Of a stretch of 64,000 nt of DNA, positions 31,885 through 41,855 are shown piece by piece (position 1 is the stretch's first letter; the number at the start of each line of letters is the position of its first letter). Below the pieces are notes generated by a model. It worked only from the letters and a program-made list of their open reading frames with translations. It did no database searches and had not been told where the DNA came from. The stretch comes from an uncultured bacterium (GTDB lineage Bacteria; Acidobacteriota; HRBIN11; JAKEFK01): NCBI GenBank assembly GCA_963777505.1, contig CAVZQN010000003.1:224001-288000 (forward strand). Reading direction: 5' to 3'. Position numbers and translations under genes: made by a program.

Positions 31885-32946
31885 TTAGCGAACTGATGTG
31901 AAGTAGCCACGCCAGCTCATACCAAATTTGCGGGCCATCGAACCTGTGTTTCCACGATAATTCACAAAGATTTGTTTGTTCTGGCGAACACCCGCTTCAG
32001 CAAGGATCTGCATAATCTTTTGCTGTTTTCCTTCACTGGCAAGCTGCCATGCTGAAAATCCAAATTTATCTGTAGCAAAAAGATCGGCGCCTGCTTTGAT
32101 CAGGATTCGCGCAATATCTCCGTGACCTTTCAGGGCTGCCCACATTAACGGAGTCCGTTGATGATTATCACGGCCATTCACATCTGCTCCGTAATCCAGC
32201 ATCACACGGACCGTATCTTGATAATTCAGAAATGTGGCCATTTTTAAAGGCGTCCAACCTGATTGTGTTTTGATATTGAGATCAGCACCTTTTTCAATAA
32301 CGAAGTGCGCGATATCAAGGTAACCTTTAAATAAAGATTCCATGAGGGCAGTTGTTCCGGAATAGCTAACTTTGACGTTTACATCAGCGCCTGATTCAAC
32401 AAGAGTTTTGGCGATCTCAGTATGTCCGCCGTTTGCCGCCCAAATGAGAGGTGTCCAGCCCAATTTATCCTGTGTATTCACTTCGGCTTTGTTTTCAATT
32501 AACTTTCGTACGATATCCATATGGCCTTGACCAGCTGCCATCATCATGGCTGTTTCTTCGCTGTTATTGCGATCGTCTACTTCAGCTCCTGATGTTATCA
32601 AGACAGTCATTGCTTCAATTTGATTCGCGCTTGCAGCCCACATCAATGCGGTCTTTCCTTCAATATTTCGTGCAGTAACAAATGCGCCTGAGTCCAACAA
32701 AACTTTTATTGCACCGGTGAAGCCCGATGAAGCAGCTAGCATCAAAGGTGTATTGTTGCTTGCATCACGTTCGTTTACGTTGGCCCCGCTTTTTAGTAAA
32801 CCTTCGATCTTGCTTATATTATTTTCTTTAACGGCAGCTGTAAGTTGTCCCGAGGTTTGTTTGGAATTCGATTTATCTGCAAAAGCTGGCGTTAGACTTA
32901 AGACTCCACATACTGCAATGACTAGTATGGAAACAGAAGTGCGCAT
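31885..32946 (-). CDS. Exported ankyrin-repeat protein
   Basis: Signal peptide and about 9 G.TPLM.AA..G repeats. Confidence 0.93.
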   Translation of the reverse strand: MRTSVSILVIAVCGVLSLTPAFADKSNSKQTSGQLTAAVKENNISKIEGLLKSGANVNERDASNNTPLMLAASSGFTGAIKVLLDSGAFVTARNIEGKTALMWAASANQIEAMTVLITSGAEVDDRNNSEETAMMMAAGQGHMDIVRKLIENKAEVNTQDKLGWTPLIWAANGGHTEIAKTLVESGADVNVKVSYSGTTALMESLFKGYLDIAHFVIEKGADLNIKTQSGWTPLKMATFLNYQDTVRVMLDYGADVNGRDNHQRTPLMWAALKGHGDIARILIKAGADLFATDKFGFSAWQLASEGKQQKIMQILAEAGVRQNKQIFVNYRGNTGSMARKFGMSWRGYFTSVR

Positions 32947-33026
32947 ACTTTACCTCTCCACATTGATTACTTCGATTATAAATGGTTTTGTTAAGGATAC
33001 AATCCTGTCTATATCCTGTCCGACCC

Positions 33027-34268
33027 TTAGCCCCTCTGCTCCTCCGCTGATGCAATCCTCCGAACTCTCTCAAGCAAAGGAGGATGTGTGTAATTCAAGA
33101 ATACATAGAGAGGATGGGGAGTGAGATTCGAGAGGTTATTTGCATACAGCTTTTTCAGAGCAGAAATCAGATTCCGGGTGTCTTTTGTAGTCTCAACTGC
33201 ATACTGATCTGCTTGATTCTCGTTGTAACGGGAAAGGGCATTAAAAGCAATGGAAAACAGGAAGGAAAGAGGTTCAAACAATAGTCCAAAAAAGACCAAC
33301 CCTGCATAAATAGAGGGATGACCGATATAAAATGCATCGAAAAGTTCTTTTCGATTGATAAATATTGAAAGCAAATAAAACACGAATCCCATATATAAGA
33401 AGCTGAGCAGCATACTGACGACGATGTGCTTTTTCTTGTAGTGACCGACTTCGTGTGCAAAAACAGAAACAATTTCAGGATCGGTACTTCCGGAAACCAG
33501 GGTATCGAACAGCGCAATCCTTCGGTATTTACCAAAGCCTGTAAAAAATGCATTTGATTTTGTAGATCTTTTCGAGCCATCCATCACGAAAATCTCTTTA
33601 AACGGAAATCGAACTTTTTGCGCGTACGCCAAGATTGCATGACGCAAATTACCTTCAGGAAGAGGAGTGTACTTGTTAAACAGACGCAGGATCCAAACAG
33701 GTGCAACGTACTGAAGCGCAAGCGAGAAACCGACAGAAACAAGCCAGCAATAGAGCCATGCGTTGCTGCCCGCACGATCGAAAAACCAGAGAATAACCCA
33801 GAGCAAAGGTGTACCCAGAATGATCGCAAGTACAAAACCTTTTAATCGATCAAGGATGAAAAGAGCAGGATTGGTCTTGTTAAACCCGAAACGTTCTTCA
33901 ATGACAAATGTTGAATACCAATCAAATGGAAGTGATAGAACTGAATTCGCAATTCCAAGTATTCCGATATAAAGAATACCGGTTGGAATCGTAGATAAAC
34001 CAAAACTTCGAACCCAATGATCAAGTGCGTTAAATCCGCCTGAAAACCAGAACCACAGCATGATGATCAGGGAAAAGGTTGCTTTCACTAAACCAAATTT
34101 TGAGCGCACCCGCGTATATTCATTTATCTTCGCGAACTGCTCCGGGGTTGTGACATCAGAAAGTTCGGAAGGCAGCTCCGTTTTTCTTTCAGCACTCCAC
34201 CATTCGAAAAACAACAGAAAATATCTAAGAAATAGGGTGCTTAAAATGATTGCTTGATAGAGTCGCAT
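33027..34268 (-). CDS. M48 (Ste24/CaaX prenyl protease-like) metallopeptidase
   Basis: DGSKRSTKSNAFFTG, AHEVGH, E.QAD and THPPL motifs. Likely start ATG 34268. Confidence 0.93.
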   Translation of the reverse strand: MRLYQAIILSTLFLRYFLLFFEWWSAERKTELPSELSDVTTPEQFAKINEYTRVRSKFGLVKATFSLIIMLWFWFSGGFNALDHWVRSFGLSTIPTGILYIGILGIANSVLSLPFDWYSTFVIEERFGFNKTNPALFILDRLKGFVLAIILGTPLLWVILWFFDRAGSNAWLYCWLVSVGFSLALQYVAPVWILRLFNKYTPLPEGNLRHAILAYAQKVRFPFKEIFVMDGSKRSTKSNAFFTGFGKYRRIALFDTLVSGSTDPEIVSVFAHEVGHYKKKHIVVSMLLSFLYMGFVFYLLSIFINRKELFDAFYIGHPSIYAGLVFFGLLFEPLSFLFSIAFNALSRYNENQADQYAVETTKDTRNLISALKKLYANNLSNLTPHPLYVFLNYTHPPLLERVRRIASAEEQRG

Positions 34269-34272
34269 AAGA

Positions 34273-35637
34273 TTATTTAATAATGTATCGCAATAGATTG
34301 AGTCGATTTCCATACGGGGGATACCGCAAAGGAATATCGATTACTGTAGAGGAACGAACTAATCCCTTTTGATGTGAGAATGCATCAAAGCCGAACTTCC
34401 CATGATACGCACCTAAACCGCTTCCTCCAATTCCTCCAAAGGGTAGGTTTGGATTTTGGAATTGAACAAGGCAGTCATTGATGCATCCACTGCCAAACGG
34501 GACACTACTGACGATTTTTTCCTCAACTTTTCTATCGTTAGTGAAAAGATAAAGTGCAAGAGGGTTAGGGCGTTCTCGGATGATATCGATCGCCTCATCA
34601 ATCGATTCATATTTCAACACTGGCAGGATCGGACCGAAAATTTCTTCCGACATAATTTCATCTTGAAGCGAAACATCTCGAATAATTGTTGGAGATATAT
34701 GTTTTGTAGTGCGATCGTGATCTCCGCCAGAAAAGATATTTCCCTTGATTGATTTTACCAGCTTGTCGAAGTGGCGCTCGTTGATGATGCGGCTATAATC
34801 GGAGGACTTTGAAGAATCTGTACCAAAAAGAACTTCGATTTGCTCTTTTAGTTTTCCGAGAAGTCGATCGTACTCGCTGACCGGTGCGAGTACATAGTCA
34901 GGTGCAATACAAGTTTGTCCTGCATTTAAGAATTTCCCCCATGCAACTCGACGCGCAGTCAGTTCAAGATTTGTACCGCGATCCACCAGGCAAGGGCTTT
35001 TTCCGCCGAGTTCCAGAACGACCGGAGTCAGATTGTGTGCTGCACGTTCAGCCACGATCCTTCCGGTTTTCATTCCACCCGTAAAAAAGATGAAATCAAA
35101 TTTCTGCTTCAATAGGGATTCAGCAACTTCAACTCCACCTTCAAATGAAAGAACGTATTCAGGTGGGAATGTTTTTGTAATGATGTCTGTCAGGATCCGG
35201 GATGTTGCTGGAGCAACTTCAGATGGTTTAAGGATTGATGTGTTTCCGGCTGCAATGGATCCAATCAACGGGACCAGGATTAGTTGAAATGGAAAATTCC
35301 AGGGGCCAATAATCAGTGCAGTTCCTCTGGGCTCAGAATGGATATAACTTCGAGAGGGAAGAATTGGAAGTGGTGTTGGGACTTTCCTTGGCTTTGTCCA
35401 GGACCGTACGTTTTTAAGAGCGTGATTAATTTCACCATAGAAGATACCAATTTCCGTTTCGTAACCTTCAAATGGCGACTTTGCAAGATCCTTTTCTAAG
35501 GCGTCAAGAATTTGCTGTTCGTTATCCTTTACCGATTGCTTCAATTTACGCAATTGCTCAATACGAAAATCGACTGAGCGAGTCTTTCCGGAATTAAAAA
35601 ACTCTCGCTGCAGGCGAACCCCTTCGGCTATGTCCAT
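34273..35637 (-). CDS. Aldehyde dehydrogenase (ALDH3-like)
   Basis: PWNFP, LELGGKSP, NAGQTCIAPDY and EEIFGP motifs. Likely start ATG 35637. Confidence 0.95.
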   Translation of the reverse strand: MDIAEGVRLQREFFNSGKTRSVDFRIEQLRKLKQSVKDNEQQILDALEKDLAKSPFEGYETEIGIFYGEINHALKNVRSWTKPRKVPTPLPILPSRSYIHSEPRGTALIIGPWNFPFQLILVPLIGSIAAGNTSILKPSEVAPATSRILTDIITKTFPPEYVLSFEGGVEVAESLLKQKFDFIFFTGGMKTGRIVAERAAHNLTPVVLELGGKSPCLVDRGTNLELTARRVAWGKFLNAGQTCIAPDYVLAPVSEYDRLLGKLKEQIEVLFGTDSSKSSDYSRIINERHFDKLVKSIKGNIFSGGDHDRTTKHISPTIIRDVSLQDEIMSEEIFGPILPVLKYESIDEAIDIIRERPNPLALYLFTNDRKVEEKIVSSVPFGSGCINDCLVQFQNPNLPFGGIGGSGLGAYHGKFGFDAFSHQKGLVRSSTVIDIPLRYPPYGNRLNLLRYIIK

Positions 35638-35700
35638 ATGAATACAGTTTATAACGTGGTATCCAGTTAAAAAAGGACCGTCATCTATATAATGATTCAT

Positions 35701-38352
35701 ATGGCATACCGCGTGTTCTTATGTCTTTTATGTTTTTGCGCAATTGCGAAGGCAGAAGAGAATTCTTTAAAAAGCTTAACTTTAGTTTTGCCTCCGGAAC
35801 TCCGGCAGAAACTTGCCTGTAATTCGGAGTCTCAAGAAGCGACAGAACTAAAACCCGCGAAAGAAATATTGACTGAATCAAATGAACCCGCATCGCCAAC
35901 AGTAATTGCGCCATCAAACAATCGCTGTGTTGATGCAACGCCTGTAAGTTTTGGAACGATCGTATCTGAAACATGCGGCGCTTCACGCGATGGTTCATCA
36001 TCCTGCCAGCAGTCATCAAACGCACCCGATATTTGGTATGTATTTACTCCGGAAGAAGACGCAGTGATAGCCATCAACACATTCGGATCCACTTACGATA
36101 CGCTGCTCTCTGTTCATACTGGATGTCCAGGAACATTTGTAAACGAGATTGTTTGCAGTGATGACTGTGGCAGTCCAGACTCTTGCGTAAGTTTCAACGC
36201 GGTTGCTGGAACTTCATACAGGATCCGTGTCGGTGGTTTTCAACATGATGCCGGGCGGACAAAGCTAACGATTTCAAAGCAAGGCTCTTTTGGCGGACGT
36301 ATTACTGATGCCGATACAAATCAAGGCATCGCAGGGACATTGATTCTTGTTTATACAAAAGATGCGGAGTTTGTAAAAACAGTTACTGCAGATACGAATG
36401 GAAATTATGTTGCAGATAGTCTTGCTGAAGGGGAATACATTGCGCGCAGTTTTAATTCGGCAGGTTATGTGGATGAAGTTTATGAGAATGTGGTTTGTGA
36501 AGGATTGAACTGCACTCCTGAAGGAGCAACGTTAATTGAAGTCACAGGAGGCGAGTTTACACGGGTACCTTTTGCTCTTGATCTTGGAGGTGATGTTCGC
36601 GGCATGCTTACTGATTCCACTACGGGAAATCCGATTGAAGATGTGGAAGTTCATATTCATGATCTTTCGAATGTTCACATTTCTCTTGGGTTTACAGATT
36701 CAACAGGTAAATATGACACCATTGATGGTTTGCCTGCAGGCTCATACATTGTTTTCGCTTTTAATAATGATGACTTTGTTGATGAACTTTACGATGACAT
36801 TCCTTGCGTTAATGGAATTTGTTCAACCACTTTGGCGACTGTTGTAAAAGTTTCGCTCGGTGCGGTTATTGATAACATCAACTTTGATCTTGATATTGGC
36901 GGCGAAATTGTTGGCACTATCTTAGATTCAAGCACACAGCTTCCAGTACAAGGCGTTCAGGTATTGATTTTTGATTCCGGCGGTACCCGAATCTCCTCTG
37001 CGTCTTCCAATTCAACAGGTGAATATACTTCTTTTGAAGCCTTACCTTCCGGCAACTATTTTGTGCATACCAACAACTTCAAACATTACATCGATGAATT
37101 ACACGATGGCTCCATTTGTCTTTCAGGTACATGTACGCCCACTTCAGGCACGCCTGTGCCACTGGTCTTGGGATCGGAATCTCAAGTTGACTTCGCTCTG
37201 GATCCTGGCGCTATCATTTCCGGTAAGATCACAGATACTGCTACAAACGGTTCGCTCACGGGAATTTTTGTTGAAATTTATGATGCAAGCGGTAACCGTA
37301 TTGCGCTGGAAGCTCCAGACACCTTAGGGAACTATTCGTCCTTACCCGGACTTCCCGAAGGGATCTATTTCTTAAAGACACTGAACCAAAGAACATATCT
37401 AGACGAACTTTATGACGGTATCCCTTGTGTTGCGAGCGAATGTAATCCTTTGGTAGGCACTCCAGTCTTTGTGAAAAATCAGGACAATGCTGATGGGATT
37501 AACTTCGGATTATCAAAAGGTAGCGTGGTGTCCGGAAGGATTATTGAGTCCGCAAGTGGACTTCCACTTAATAATATTTTTGTTTTGATGTCTGATTCAA
37601 ATCTTGTATTGAATTCCTTTGGCGTTACTGATGCGTGCGGTGAATATAGTTCATTTCATGGAATGCTTTCTAACAAATATCGCGTGAGTACTTTGAACTT
37701 TTCAGGCTTTATCGATGAACTCTATGACGATGTGCTTTGTCTGGCCGGATGTGATTTTTCTAAAGCTACCATAGTTCCACTGGACTTTGGCGAACACGCC
37801 ACCAAGATCAACTTTGATCTGAGCCAGATGTTACTGCGAGATGAATTTCAAAACAGCCAAATGGACTGGATTGTAAAATCAGGAGACTGGACGGAGAAGG
37901 ATGGTTTCCTCAAAGGATCTATCAATGCTTCTACGAATAAAGCTATCGCATCTGTTCCGATTCCGTGGCAACCTTCAGGAGAAACTAGCTGTTCACGTTG
38001 CACGCTTGATACTGCAATCAAGATGGAAGGCGGCGCTGGCGCCAAAGTAGTTGTTCATGCCTGGAAACAAAATTCGTCAAACCGTGTTGAATTATCGATT
38101 CGGGAAGATACAGACAAATGGAAATTGACGCACCTTGTTAATGGCAGAATCGTAATCAGGAAAATCAAAAAGTTTGATGTAAAACCTGATACGTTATATC
38201 GAATAAAGTTGCGATATGACGGTTCAAAATTTCAATTGTGGGTTGATGATACTCTGCTGTTGAATGTTGAATCACCACTTGCACCAGCAGGGTCCGCTGG
38301 CTTCGAAGTTAAAAACACTTCTGCATCGTTTGACTATATTTTGATTTATTGA
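35701..38352 (+). CDS. Secreted Cys-rich protein with five carboxypeptidase-regulatory-like beta-sandwich repeats
   Basis: Signal peptide; five ~100-aa units each with (Y/F)xDE(L/V)(Y/H)..xxC..C; PPC-like N-terminal and lectin-like C-terminal domains (inferred). Confidence 0.7.
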   Translation: MAYRVFLCLLCFCAIAKAEENSLKSLTLVLPPELRQKLACNSESQEATELKPAKEILTESNEPASPTVIAPSNNRCVDATPVSFGTIVSETCGASRDGSSSCQQSSNAPDIWYVFTPEEDAVIAINTFGSTYDTLLSVHTGCPGTFVNEIVCSDDCGSPDSCVSFNAVAGTSYRIRVGGFQHDAGRTKLTISKQGSFGGRITDADTNQGIAGTLILVYTKDAEFVKTVTADTNGNYVADSLAEGEYIARSFNSAGYVDEVYENVVCEGLNCTPEGATLIEVTGGEFTRVPFALDLGGDVRGMLTDSTTGNPIEDVEVHIHDLSNVHISLGFTDSTGKYDTIDGLPAGSYIVFAFNNDDFVDELYDDIPCVNGICSTTLATVVKVSLGAVIDNINFDLDIGGEIVGTILDSSTQLPVQGVQVLIFDSGGTRISSASSNSTGEYTSFEALPSGNYFVHTNNFKHYIDELHDGSICLSGTCTPTSGTPVPLVLGSESQVDFALDPGAIISGKITDTATNGSLTGIFVEIYDASGNRIALEAPDTLGNYSSLPGLPEGIYFLKTLNQRTYLDELYDGIPCVASECNPLVGTPVFVKNQDNADGINFGLSKGSVVSGRIIESASGLPLNNIFVLMSDSNLVLNSFGVTDACGEYSSFHGMLSNKYRVSTLNFSGFIDELYDDVLCLAGCDFSKATIVPLDFGEHATKINFDLSQMLLRDEFQNSQMDWIVKSGDWTEKDGFLKGSINASTNKAIASVPIPWQPSGETSCSRCTLDTAIKMEGGAGAKVVVHAWKQNSSNRVELSIREDTDKWKLTHLVNGRIVIRKIKKFDVKPDTLYRIKLRYDGSKFQLWVDDTLLLNVESPLAPAGSAGFEVKNTSASFDYILIY

Positions 38353-38354
38353 AA

Positions 38355-38660
38355 TTACTCTTCCAGTAATTCAGTCATCTTATCGCGGATTACTGATTCA
38401 ATTTTTCCTTTAAACGCAAGCGCTGCTATCGGAATTTGACCTTGCATATTTACTTCACGGTCTTCAACTTTGACTTTGCCTGAAACATCAAAACCCATTA
38501 CCGTAAAACTGAATGAACCGGAATCGTCTGCCCACGATTCGGATAAATTTTGAACCATATTTCCATACTGTTTCTTGATTTGTTCTGTCATTTTTCTGAG
38601 CCGCTCAATAGCATTTTCTTTCGTGAGATTGTGAGGAACTGACAGTTTTATTGAAGGCAT
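38355..38660 (-). CDS. Polyhydroxyalkanoic acid system (PHA_gran_rgn) family protein
   Basis: VPHNL..E.A..R, W....F and FKGKIE pattern; 101 aa. Confidence 0.8.
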   Translation of the reverse strand: MPSIKLSVPHNLTKENAIERLRKMTEQIKKQYGNMVQNLSESWADDSGSFSFTVMGFDVSGKVKVEDREVNMQGQIPIAALAFKGKIESVIRDKMTELLEE

Positions 38661-38705
38661 TTTTAATCTCCAAATGTGCTCTGTGACTCTGTGTTTAGAT
38701 TAGGA

Positions 38706-38756
38706 GCCGTTCGGTCATATCACAGACCAGTTCATGGTGCCGTATGACCCGTTCGT
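38706..38756 (+). promoter_or_regulatory. Three LytTR-type direct repeats at 21-bp period
   Basis: GCCGTTCGG (38706), CCAGTTCAT (38727) and CCCGTTCGT (38748). Confidence 0.7.
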
Positions 38757-38815
38757 GGCATTCTGTTTACACCTCTCAAAGAGTGTATGTTTTACTGTTG
38801 CTGGAGCAAAAGCAA

Positions 38816-38974
38816 ATGATTCGGTTACACGCAGGAAAATGGATAATCAAGATGCTGCAGATTGGAATGCTGATCGGCCTTTATATCACAACTACATCAG
38901 CGACCTGCCAACTTCTTCACTCGCCTGAAGCTCATTTTGTACGCTTAATCATCCGTATTCTTAGTACCACATAG
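38816..38974 (+). CDS. Small hydrophobic protein (52 aa)
   Basis: GGAG RBS and ATG 38816 give MIRLHAGKWIIKMLQIGMLIGLYITTTSATCQLLHSPEAHFVRLIIRILSTT, followed by a hairpin. Confidence 0.5.
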   Translation: MIRLHAGKWIIKMLQIGMLIGLYITTTSATCQLLHSPEAHFVRLIIRILSTT

Positions 38975-38989
38975 ACGTTACCACATGAA

Positions 38990-39013
38990 GCAGGGCGGCA
39001 CCCACCGCCCTGC
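38990..39013 (+). terminator. GC-rich hairpin after the small ORF
   Basis: GCAGGGCGG-CACCCA-CCGCCCTGC; no U-tract. Confidence 0.45.
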
Positions 39014-39089
39014 ATCTCAGCAATAACTCTGCTGGTTCCCTCGCATAGGTCTGCATATAATGAGGGGTTAATATTCTCAGGAGTGAGTC

Positions 39090-40607
39090 ATGCAGGCGCG
39101 CGCGAGCGGCATTCTTCTTCATATAACATCCCTTCCATCAAAATTTGGTATTGGCGATTTGGGGCCTGCTTCGTATCAGTTTGTCGATTTTCTAAAAGCA
39201 TCACACCAACAATATTGGCAAATTCTTCCACTGAACCCGACAGACACATTTGTTGGAAGTTCGCCTTACGCAAGTTACTCTGCGTTTGCAGGCAATCCAT
39301 TGTTAATTAATCCGGAAAAACTCATAGAAGATGGATTGCTTCAAGAAAACGATATAGAAATGAGACCGGAATTTTCTAACGATACAGTTGAGTACAAAAA
39401 AGTAATTACATATAAGACACGAATTCTGCAACTTGCATACGATCGTCACATGCTAACGGGAATATTGCGTCCTGAGTTTGAGGAGTTTCAAAGGGAAAAC
39501 CAATCGTGGCTTGAAGACTTTGCCATGTTTGTTGCACTGAAACAGGAGTTTGAGGAAATCTATTGGGTCGAGTGGGCACCGGAAATTCGGGATCGAAAAG
39601 AAGAGTCCTTGAAATATTGGCGTGAAAAACTTCGCGACAGAACTTTGAGAGCCAAGTTTTTCCAATTTCTTTTCTTTCACCAATGGCATGCACTGAAATC
39701 GTATGCCGGACAAAACGGAATCAAAATCATTGGAGACATTCCAATATATGTAAGTAACGATAGCTCTGATGTTTGGGCCAATCCGCAGTTGTTTAAGCTG
39801 GATAAGGAAAAGAATCCTACTTTTGTTTCAGGGGCACCTCCTGATTATTTCAGTGAAACGGGACAACGCTGGGGAAGTCCTGTGTATCTTTGGAACATTT
39901 TAAAGAAAACTGGTTTTTCCTGGTGGATTAGAAGGATTGCTCAAAATCTAAAATTGTTTGACATAGTTCGGTTGGATCATTTTCGTGGGTTTGTTGCGTA
40001 TTGGGAAATTCCGGTCGAAGAAGAAACGGCTGTCAATGGCAAATGGGTTGACGCACCCGCTTATGAATTTTTTGAAACAATCCTGAAACAATTTCCTGAT
40101 GCGAACATTATTGCTGAGGATCTTGGATTAATTACGCCGGATGTCCGTGAAGTAATCAATCATTTCAAATTTCCTTCAATGAAAATCCTTCAATTTGCTT
40201 TTGGTGACGATATGCCAACCAATCCATATATTCCTCATAACTACGAACGGAATTGCCTGGCATATACAGGGACGCACGATAACAACACAACCCAGGGATG
40301 GTACCGAAACGAAACAGATGGAGCTATCCGCAAACGGCTTGCAGAATATCTGGGACATCCAATAAAACCGGAGCTTATACACTGGGAAATGATCCGGTTG
40401 GCATTTGGGTCAGCAGCAGTATTAGCCGTTATTCCAATGCAAGATGTTCTTGGATTAGGTGAAGAAGCTCGCATGAACTTCCCTCAGAAAACCGACGGAA
40501 ACTGGCTCTGGAGGCTGAAGCCTGATCAAGTGACGCAGGAAATCATCGATCGGCTCGGCTATATAACATGGTTTTACAATCGGGTTTCTAAAGATGCTGA
40601 GAATTGA
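39090..40607 (+). CDS. malQ: 4-alpha-glucanotransferase (GH77)
   Basis: SGILLHITSLP, WQILPL, GDIPIYV, RLDHFRG, IAEDLG and YTGTHDN motifs. Confidence 0.97.
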   Translation: MQARASGILLHITSLPSKFGIGDLGPASYQFVDFLKASHQQYWQILPLNPTDTFVGSSPYASYSAFAGNPLLINPEKLIEDGLLQENDIEMRPEFSNDTVEYKKVITYKTRILQLAYDRHMLTGILRPEFEEFQRENQSWLEDFAMFVALKQEFEEIYWVEWAPEIRDRKEESLKYWREKLRDRTLRAKFFQFLFFHQWHALKSYAGQNGIKIIGDIPIYVSNDSSDVWANPQLFKLDKEKNPTFVSGAPPDYFSETGQRWGSPVYLWNILKKTGFSWWIRRIAQNLKLFDIVRLDHFRGFVAYWEIPVEEETAVNGKWVDAPAYEFFETILKQFPDANIIAEDLGLITPDVREVINHFKFPSMKILQFAFGDDMPTNPYIPHNYERNCLAYTGTHDNNTTQGWYRNETDGAIRKRLAEYLGHPIKPELIHWEMIRLAFGSAAVLAVIPMQDVLGLGEEARMNFPQKTDGNWLWRLKPDQVTQEIIDRLGYITWFYNRVSKDAEN

Positions 40608-40623
40608 ATATTAGGATTCTTCC

Positions 40624-41100
40624 ATGAAACGGATCATTGGTGGCAGCGCATTAATTTTTACAGGCCTTTTCATGATGATGGGATTTTTTGCAAGTGATAA
40701 ACCAAGTTCCATTCCTGTGAGTGTAATCATGCTGCTTCTTTTTGTATTAGCTCCAATCATTGGGGGCATCTTTACAATACGGAGTCACTATTTATTAAAA
40801 CAGAAAGCATCAAAAGAACAGAAGAAGGCTCTCCAGGGGATTCACGAAAAGGAAATTATTTTACTGGCAAAGCAAAAGGGAGGAACCCTAACAATACCGG
40901 AAATCATTTCAGAGTCTTCCTTGAACTCTGAAGAAGCAGAAGAAGCGATGAAAGAACTTGTTGTAAAACGATATGCAGATATGAGGATGACCGAAACTGG
41001 CATCATAGTTTATGAATTTTATGAAATTCTCAAACAAAAAGAAGAGCAGAATGAACTTCTGAATCAAAGAGCTTCAAGAATTGATCCATTAAAAGAATGA
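40624..41100 (+). CDS. Two-TM membrane protein with C-terminal winged-helix-like domain
   Basis: Two hydrophobic helices, then LAKQKGGTLT..EEAEE.M..L..G.IVYEF. Confidence 0.6.
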   Translation: MKRIIGGSALIFTGLFMMMGFFASDKPSSIPVSVIMLLLFVLAPIIGGIFTIRSHYLLKQKASKEQKKALQGIHEKEIILLAKQKGGTLTIPEIISESSLNSEEAEEAMKELVVKRYADMRMTETGIIVYEFYEILKQKEEQNELLNQRASRIDPLKE

Positions 41101-41855
41101 AAAAGCATACGATTCGAAAATGTCCTGTTTGTCATATCGTTCTCCGGCGTGTTCTTCTTTGCGAAAACGTTGAAGTTGAGATCTGCCAGAGCTGTCGAGG
41201 AATTTGGTTTGACAAAGATGAAATTGATCATACTTATAAAGCGCCGCAGCTTCCGCCACTCTTTCTAAGCGAGCGGAGAGGTCTTCGCGATCCATCTGTA
41301 TGTGTGAAGTGCCACGAACTCAATTCTCGTTCAATTCGGAAATGCAGTCACTGCGGTTTTCAATTGGAGTTCCGGTGTCCGTACTGTCTATATGCTCTTG
41401 AAGAAGTTCGCGTAGGAGATGTGATTGCTGACCGTTGTAATCAATGTCGTGGTGTATGGTTGGATGGCGGCGAACTGGCGCTCTTATTTAATTTCTACAA
41501 AAGGCAATCCGTCAATCGATCGAAGGCTGGACTCGATCCTTATGACACTCTGGATTTTCTCTTTTGGACTACTCATCTTTCGGATGCCGGGGCGATTGTA
41601 ATTGACGCAGCGGCTCACGCACCAGAGGTTGTTGGGAATGTGCTCGAACATGTTGGCGATATTCCAGGATTGGCAGGGCAAGTTTTTTCTGGAACTGCTA
41701 ACGTTGCCGGCCATGTTGTCGATGTTTCTGGTGAACTCATTTCTGGTGCGATCGATCTCGCAGGAAACGTTCCAGAAGTTGCAGCCTCCGCAGCCGATGC
41801 GTGCTCGGGATTTTTTGAGGCACTGATTGGTTTGATTGCCGGGATTTTCGATTAA
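41097..41855 (+). CDS. zf-TFIIB-type multi zinc-ribbon protein
   Basis: Two CPxC..CxxCRG(I/V)WxDxxE units flanking a CxxC..CxxC ribbon, and a low-complexity Gly/Ala/Val tail. Confidence 0.8.
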   Translation: MKKHTIRKCPVCHIVLRRVLLCENVEVEICQSCRGIWFDKDEIDHTYKAPQLPPLFLSERRGLRDPSVCVKCHELNSRSIRKCSHCGFQLEFRCPYCLYALEEVRVGDVIADRCNQCRGVWLDGGELALLFNFYKRQSVNRSKAGLDPYDTLDFLFWTTHLSDAGAIVIDAAAHAPEVVGNVLEHVGDIPGLAGQVFSGTANVAGHVVDVSGELISGAIDLAGNVPEVAASAADACSGFFEALIGLIAGIFD

